NCBI GenBank assembly: GCA_963762145.1
Contig: CAVXJS010000021.1
Location: 800,001-864,000, forward strand
Length of the DNA: 64,000 nucleotides
Source of the DNA: an uncultured Candidatus Rokubacteria bacterium
GTDB taxonomy: Bacteria; Methylomirabilota; Methylomirabilia; Rokubacteriales; CSP1-6
Direction: 5' to 3'
A program made the position numbers and the translations under genes. The notes under the pieces are model-generated. The model was not told the origin of the DNA, did not search any database, and was given only the letters and a program-made list of their open reading frames with translations. Positions 59,731 through 64,000 of this stretch are shown one piece after another (positions within the stretch are counted from its first letter, which is position 1; each line of letters starts with the position of its first letter).

Positions 59731-60521
59731 TCAGTTCAGCCGCTGACGCGGCTGGCGGCTCGTCTGCAGGTTGCGCTGGAGGAACGGGATGAGCTTGTCC
59801 CACGCGTCGCGCGCGGGGCCTTCCCGGTAGGTGGCGGGGTTCGTGAAGTTCAGAAACGCGTGCCCCGCGTCCGGGTAGCGGTGGAACTCGTGGGGCTTGC
59901 GGTACTTGTCGAGCTGGGCCGAGATCCGGTCCACGTCCTCTGGCGAGGGATTGGCGTCCTCGGCCCCGAAGAACCCCACGATCGGACAGTGCACGTAGGG
60001 CGTCAGATCGAACGGGGTCGGGCCGTTCCCCCACGCCTTCATGATGTTGCCGCCGTAGAAGACGGCGGCCGCCTTGAAGACCGGCTTGGACGCGGCCATC
60101 AAGTAGGCGACGCGTCCCCCCATGCAGAAGCCGATGATGCCCACGTCCCCGAGCTGGGTGTCCTTCAGCCGACGCGCGTAGTTGACCGCGGCGTTGACGT
60201 CGGCGATCACCTCCGGATCCCGGAGGCGGCCGATGCGGGTCATCACGTCGCCGTCATCTGAAACACCGGCCGCGGCGCTTGAAACACGGCCGCGGCGCTT
60301 GAAACACCGGCCGCGGCGCTGTCCTGCCGGTGGTAAAGGTCGGGGGCGATGGCCAGGTAGCCGAGCTGGGCCAGGTTGTCGACCCGGTCCTCGATGAACT
60401 TGTCCACGCCGGGGCCGTGCTGGATCACGATCACCGCGGGGAAGGCCCGGCCGAGGCTCGGCATGCCGACGTAAAGACGCATCGGGGACCCATCGACGTC
60501 CATGCGGTCCCACTGCGCCAT
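59731..60521 (-). CDS. Dienelactone hydrolase family protein; frameshift inside a tandem repeat
   Basis: APDLYHR, GFCMGG, FYGG, EDAN, YPDAGHAF. Confidence 0.9.
60259..60320. repeat. 21-bp intragenic tandem repeat, 3 copies (middle copy 20 bp)
   Basis: TGAAACACCGGCCGCGGCGCT; encodes SAAAGVS on the minus strand. Confidence 0.9.
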
Positions 60522-60545
60522 GCCGCGGCTTCCTCCGAGTACGTG

Positions 60546-60791
60546 AGAGAAACGGCCCGGCGGCGGAACCGGTCAGCCGCCCACCGGGCCTTGCTTTCTC
60601 GCGCGCAGGCCCTTTGCCTGCGGCATGTCCCGACCAAGGGCCGGGATCTAGGGTGCTCTAGCTGGGCTCGCGCGTCATCAGGCAGGACCCACGCCCGACG
60701 ACGCGCCGTACGAGCCGGGTGGCGTGTTCTCCATATCCTGACCTCCTGTGGGTTCACGGCACGACAGCCGGCGGCGCCTCACCGTCCGTCC
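60546..60791 (-). ncRNA. Highly structured leader or non-coding RNA candidate (6S-like RNA or attenuator)
   Basis: TTGACA-17-TTTCCT upstream; several G-U-containing hairpins; terminator-like stem at the 3' end. Confidence 0.4.
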
Positions 60792-60851
60792 AGTTCCAGG
60801 AAACCGCCGCGCGCGCTCGTTGTCAAGCGGGAGGAGGAGTAGACTGCAACC

Positions 60852-61241
60852 ATGTACCGGTTGGCCAGGCTCTCGCTGGTCGTGCTCGCCCTGCTCACGC
60901 TGGGGCCCTTAGGCGCATGGGCCGACGACCGGATGGGCGGGCGCCCGGGCTCGCCATTCCGGCCGCACCGGCCGTCCCGGCCCATTGCCCGGCCGCTCCC
61001 GATCATCGGATGCTGTCTGGACGGAGGGTACTTCCCTCCGGCACCGCCGGTGGTCGTGATCCCGCCGCCCCCGCCGGTCTACGTGATCGTCCCGTCGCCG
61101 CCGAGCCTCGTGTACATCCCGACGCCGCGGGTCGAGCCTGCGCCCGAGATCACGCTGCCCACCGGACGCTGGGCGCGCCACGGCAATGGCGTGGATTACC
61201 CGTACGTGTGGGTGTGGGTGGGCCCTGCCGCAGCCCGCTGA
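60852..61241 (+). CDS. Secreted proline-rich hypothetical protein
   Basis: Signal peptide ending AWA; Pro-rich; C-terminal GRW..HGNGVDYPYVWVW. Confidence 0.7.
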   Translation: MYRLARLSLVVLALLTLGPLGAWADDRMGGRPGSPFRPHRPSRPIARPLPIIGCCLDGGYFPPAPPVVVIPPPPPVYVIVPSPPSLVYIPTPRVEPAPEITLPTGRWARHGNGVDYPYVWVWVGPAAAR

Positions 61242-61247
61242 GCGAGC

Positions 61248-62744
61248 TCAGCCTCGCACGACGTAGCCGTAGCGGCGGTTGCTGCGGCCCATCCCGCGCC
61301 GCTCGTACTCGGCCTTGAGCTCGGCGAGCCGGCTGGGTCCCGCGAGCTCCACGTGGCGGTTGTAGCGATAGAGGCGCGCGACGTTCTCCCCGAAGATCGC
61401 GGTCTTCACCGGGCCGTCGGCCGCCCCGAGCGGCGCGAAGCCGTGCTTTCGCTGCATGTCCTCCGGGATCTCGAGCCGCCGCAGCCCTTCGATCTGCCAT
61501 TGCGGCGCGCCGGTCCACACCGCGTCGGTTCCCCAGATGACGTGGTCGGCGCCCATCCCGCGCACCAGCATGCCCATGAGGGCCGCGGTGAGGCGCGGCT
61601 GGGCCACCGTGGTCAGCGCGAAGAGCTGGCCGAGGTCGGCGTAGACGTTGCTCACCCCGTACTTGCCGGGGATCTCGGCCAGGTCCGTCACCCACTCCAC
61701 GCGGCCGGTCTGCTCGAACTGGGCCAGCGCGTCGGCGGGATCGCCGCCGCCCGCGAAGCGATACGCCCCGTGGTAGATGATGAAGTTGAGCTGCGGCCAG
61801 TCCTTCGCCGCCTTCCCCATGTCGCGCACGTCGCAGTAGGCGCGCAGGTTCGGGAACCGCTGGTCGAGCGCGGGCGCGAAGAGGCCCTTGTGGATGCAGA
61901 CGTTGATCACGCCCGCCTTCGCCATCTTCTCGTAGGCCGGGTAGAGTAGCTTCTCGTCGTCGAGCCGCCACGGGTGCCGGCTCTGGTCCTTGTTGGTGTT
62001 GTCCCCGATCGTGTAGCCCTTCATCGAATCGGGCTTGAGATCCACCAGCGCGCGATCGAGCGCCTCCATCCAGCCGGGCTGGCCCGGGGTGAAGATGGCG
62101 TGGGTGAGCAGCCGGCGCCCGCCGAGCCGCGCGTTCACGGTGGCGCGGGCCTGCGCCATCATCTCGTTGGTGAGGAACCAGTCGGAGGGCACGTCGGAGG
62201 GCGCGCTGCTGATGAGCGCCACCTTGGTGTCGCTGTCGAGGAAGATCTCCTTGAAGTAGTTGTCGAATTTTAGATCTTCGATGGTCTGCGGCCGGCCCGC
62301 GAGCCCCGGGTTCCACCCCGCCCGGCCCACCGCTTCCCGCATGCGCACGAAGCCGGTGAGGCGCGTGTCGTCCTTCAGGAAATGGGTGTGCGTGTCCATG
62401 ATGAACTGCCCGGCGAGCGCCTTCGCGCGCTCCGCCGCCATGTCCTTGTCGGCGGCCTCGGCGCAGGTGGCCGCGAAGAGCGGCCCGTACACCTCGTTCA
62501 TGGCCACGTAGGCCGCCGCCATGCCCGCCGCGGTGCGGAAGAAGGCGCGGCGGCTCAACCCCTGTCGGGCGCCCAGCTCGTCGCCGAGCGCCCGGGTCCG
62601 CACCTCGACCTCCCGCTGCGCCGCGGTCTGGCGCGTCGGGAAATACTCCTCGCTCGACACGATCTGGGTGGGCACGGGCCCGCGGAAGGCGTGGGTCTCG
62701 GCGGGCAGGAGCTGGTGCATCTCCTCGGCGCTCAGCAGTCTCAT
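61248..62744 (-). CDS. Amidohydrolase_2 family metallohydrolase
   Basis: MDTHTH, KGY, CIHKG, IIYH, WGTD. Confidence 0.88.
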   Translation of the reverse strand: MRLLSAEEMHQLLPAETHAFRGPVPTQIVSSEEYFPTRQTAAQREVEVRTRALGDELGARQGLSRRAFFRTAAGMAAAYVAMNEVYGPLFAATCAEAADKDMAAERAKALAGQFIMDTHTHFLKDDTRLTGFVRMREAVGRAGWNPGLAGRPQTIEDLKFDNYFKEIFLDSDTKVALISSAPSDVPSDWFLTNEMMAQARATVNARLGGRRLLTHAIFTPGQPGWMEALDRALVDLKPDSMKGYTIGDNTNKDQSRHPWRLDDEKLLYPAYEKMAKAGVINVCIHKGLFAPALDQRFPNLRAYCDVRDMGKAAKDWPQLNFIIYHGAYRFAGGGDPADALAQFEQTGRVEWVTDLAEIPGKYGVSNVYADLGQLFALTTVAQPRLTAALMGMLVRGMGADHVIWGTDAVWTGAPQWQIEGLRRLEIPEDMQRKHGFAPLGAADGPVKTAIFGENVARLYRYNRHVELAGPSRLAELKAEYERRGMGRSNRRYGYVVRG

Positions 62745-62842
62745 GGCAGGCTCCTCACGGCGCCCCCGGGCGCCGGATGGTGTGCGTGCCGGGATTCTGG
62801 CATACTCGGGCGCAATCCGGCGCGAAAGGAGCACCGTTCCCG

Positions 62843-63613
62843 ATGACGCGAGCGAATCTGAACGGCATCGAGATCGATTACGAGGCGACCGGCGCCGGCC
62901 CGGTGGTGCTCCTGAGCCACGGCTATTCCGCCACGCGCCGCATGTGGGACGATCAGCATCGCGCCCTCGGCGACCGCTACCGCGTCATCAGCTGGAGCAT
63001 GCGCGGCCACGGCGCGACCGAGAGCCCGGCGGACCCGGCCCGCTACTCGGCCCCCCTCACCATCGCGGACATGAAGGCCCTGCTCGGCCACCTGGGGGTG
63101 GAGCGGGCGGTCATCGGCGGGCTCTCCCTCGGCGGGTACGTCTCGCTCGGCTTCGCGCTCGAGCATCCGGGCATGACGCGCGCGCTCGTGATCTGCGACT
63201 CCGGTCCCGGCTATCGCAACGCCGACGCGCGCGAGGCGTGGAACGCGCGGGCCCGCGAGCGCGCGGTGTCGCTCGAGACGCGGGGGCTCGAGGCCCTCGG
63301 CAAGAGCCGCGAGGTCCGGGAGTCGGCGAGCCTTCACCGCTCGGCCCAGGGCCTGGCCCACGCCGCGCGAGGGATGCTCGCGCAGGAGGGCTCGCGGGTG
63401 ATGGACGGGCTCGCGGACATCCGGGTGCCGACTCTCATCATCGTGGGCGATCAGGACCAGCCGTTCCTCGCCCCCTGCGAGTACATGGCGAAGAAGATCC
63501 CGGGGGCGAGGCTCGAGGTCATCCGGGGCGCCGGACACTCCTCGAACCTCGACCAGCCGGAGGCCTTCAACCGCGTGCTGCTCGACTTCCTCGACGCGCT
63601 GCCGCCCGCCTAG
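62843..63613 (+). CDS. Alpha/beta-fold hydrolase
   Basis: LSHG, RGHG, GLSLGG nucleophile elbow, GDQD, AGH. Confidence 0.9.
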   Translation: MTRANLNGIEIDYEATGAGPVVLLSHGYSATRRMWDDQHRALGDRYRVISWSMRGHGATESPADPARYSAPLTIADMKALLGHLGVERAVIGGLSLGGYVSLGFALEHPGMTRALVICDSGPGYRNADAREAWNARARERAVSLETRGLEALGKSREVRESASLHRSAQGLAHAARGMLAQEGSRVMDGLADIRVPTLIIVGDQDQPFLAPCEYMAKKIPGARLEVIRGAGHSSNLDQPEAFNRVLLDFLDALPPA

Positions 63614-63619
63614 ACGCCG

Positions 63620-64000
63620 TTACTGGACGGGCGAGAAGGCCGACGGGAGCATGATCTTGTTGGCCATCGTGAGCAGCGAGTCGGCGCCGCCCGGAGGCGG
63701 CCACACCCCCATCTCGCGCGCCTTGTTCCGCACCGCGGTCCGCTCGTCGAGGCTCTTGTAGGCCCAGATGTGGATGAAGCGGTTGGCCTCGCCGTGCTCG
63801 ACGTGCCCGGCCAGCGCGACCGGCGACATCTTGACGCGCTCCTCGATCTTCGACTGCCAGCGCTTGATCAGGTCCGGAAGCGTGCCCGGCCGCATCGCGT
63901 AGTAGCGCATCTCGAAGAACGGGCCCATCTTCCCCGGCTTGAGGTCGGGCAGGAAGTCGAACGGCACCACGATCTCCGACTGCATGGTCTCGATGAACTC
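63620..64000 (-). CDS. NIPSNAP family protein (5' end outside the window)
   Basis: FEMRYY, NRFIHIWAYKSLDER, IMLPSAFSP. Confidence 0.88.
   Translation of the reverse strand, partial: EFIETMQSEIVVPFDFLPDLKPGKMGPFFEMRYYAMRPGTLPDLIKRWQSKIEERVKMSPVALAGHVEHGEANRFIHIWAYKSLDERTAVRNKAREMGVWPPPGGADSLLTMANKIMLPSAFSPVQ

Noticed and set aside
60259-60320. CRISPR repeat, suggested by the TTGAAAC motif
   Set aside because: The units are directly adjacent without spacers and lie in frame within a CDS.
62798-62814. Sigma-54 promoter TGGCATACTCGGGCGCA
   Set aside because: The spacing does not fit (GC at 9 or 11 nt); more likely an extended -10 element (CATACT).

Overview
A very GC-rich (about 70%) bacterial chromosome segment, densely coding, with about 75 genes. 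I found no rRNA, tRNA, CRISPR array, integrase or transposase. The gene content (orphan ABC_sub_bind binding protein, multi-GAF kinases, TAT-exported ABC binding proteins, LLM and CMD families, CCCTCTCCC/GGAGGGGG palindromic repeats) resembles Candidatus Rokubacteria / Methylomirabilota; this is inference only. Several single-base frameshifts (0.5-3.5, 21.4, 21.9, 25.1, 39.5 and 60.3 kb) look like long-read errors. Most interesting: (1) a promoter-defined operon with a ferritin-like di-iron protein overlapping PlsR/PlsA-like (plasmalogen / ether-lipid reductase-type) genes, 20.7-26.5 kb; (2) six well-spaced sigma-54 (-24/-12) motifs, mostly in front of general-stress-type and small-protein genes; (3) a conserved promoter plus leader motif shared by two diverged ABC-transporter operons; (4) a roughly 250-nt structured element (6S-like RNA or attenuator with an 18-aa leader ORF) upstream of a dienelactone hydrolase; (5) a cyanobacterial-type 2-oxoglutarate decarboxylase / succinic semialdehyde dehydrogenase candidate pair; (6) a 165-bp element with perfect 35-bp inverted repeats, tandem repeats that duplicate gene 3' ends, and two probable CTG start codons. 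All calls were made by eye, without database searches.
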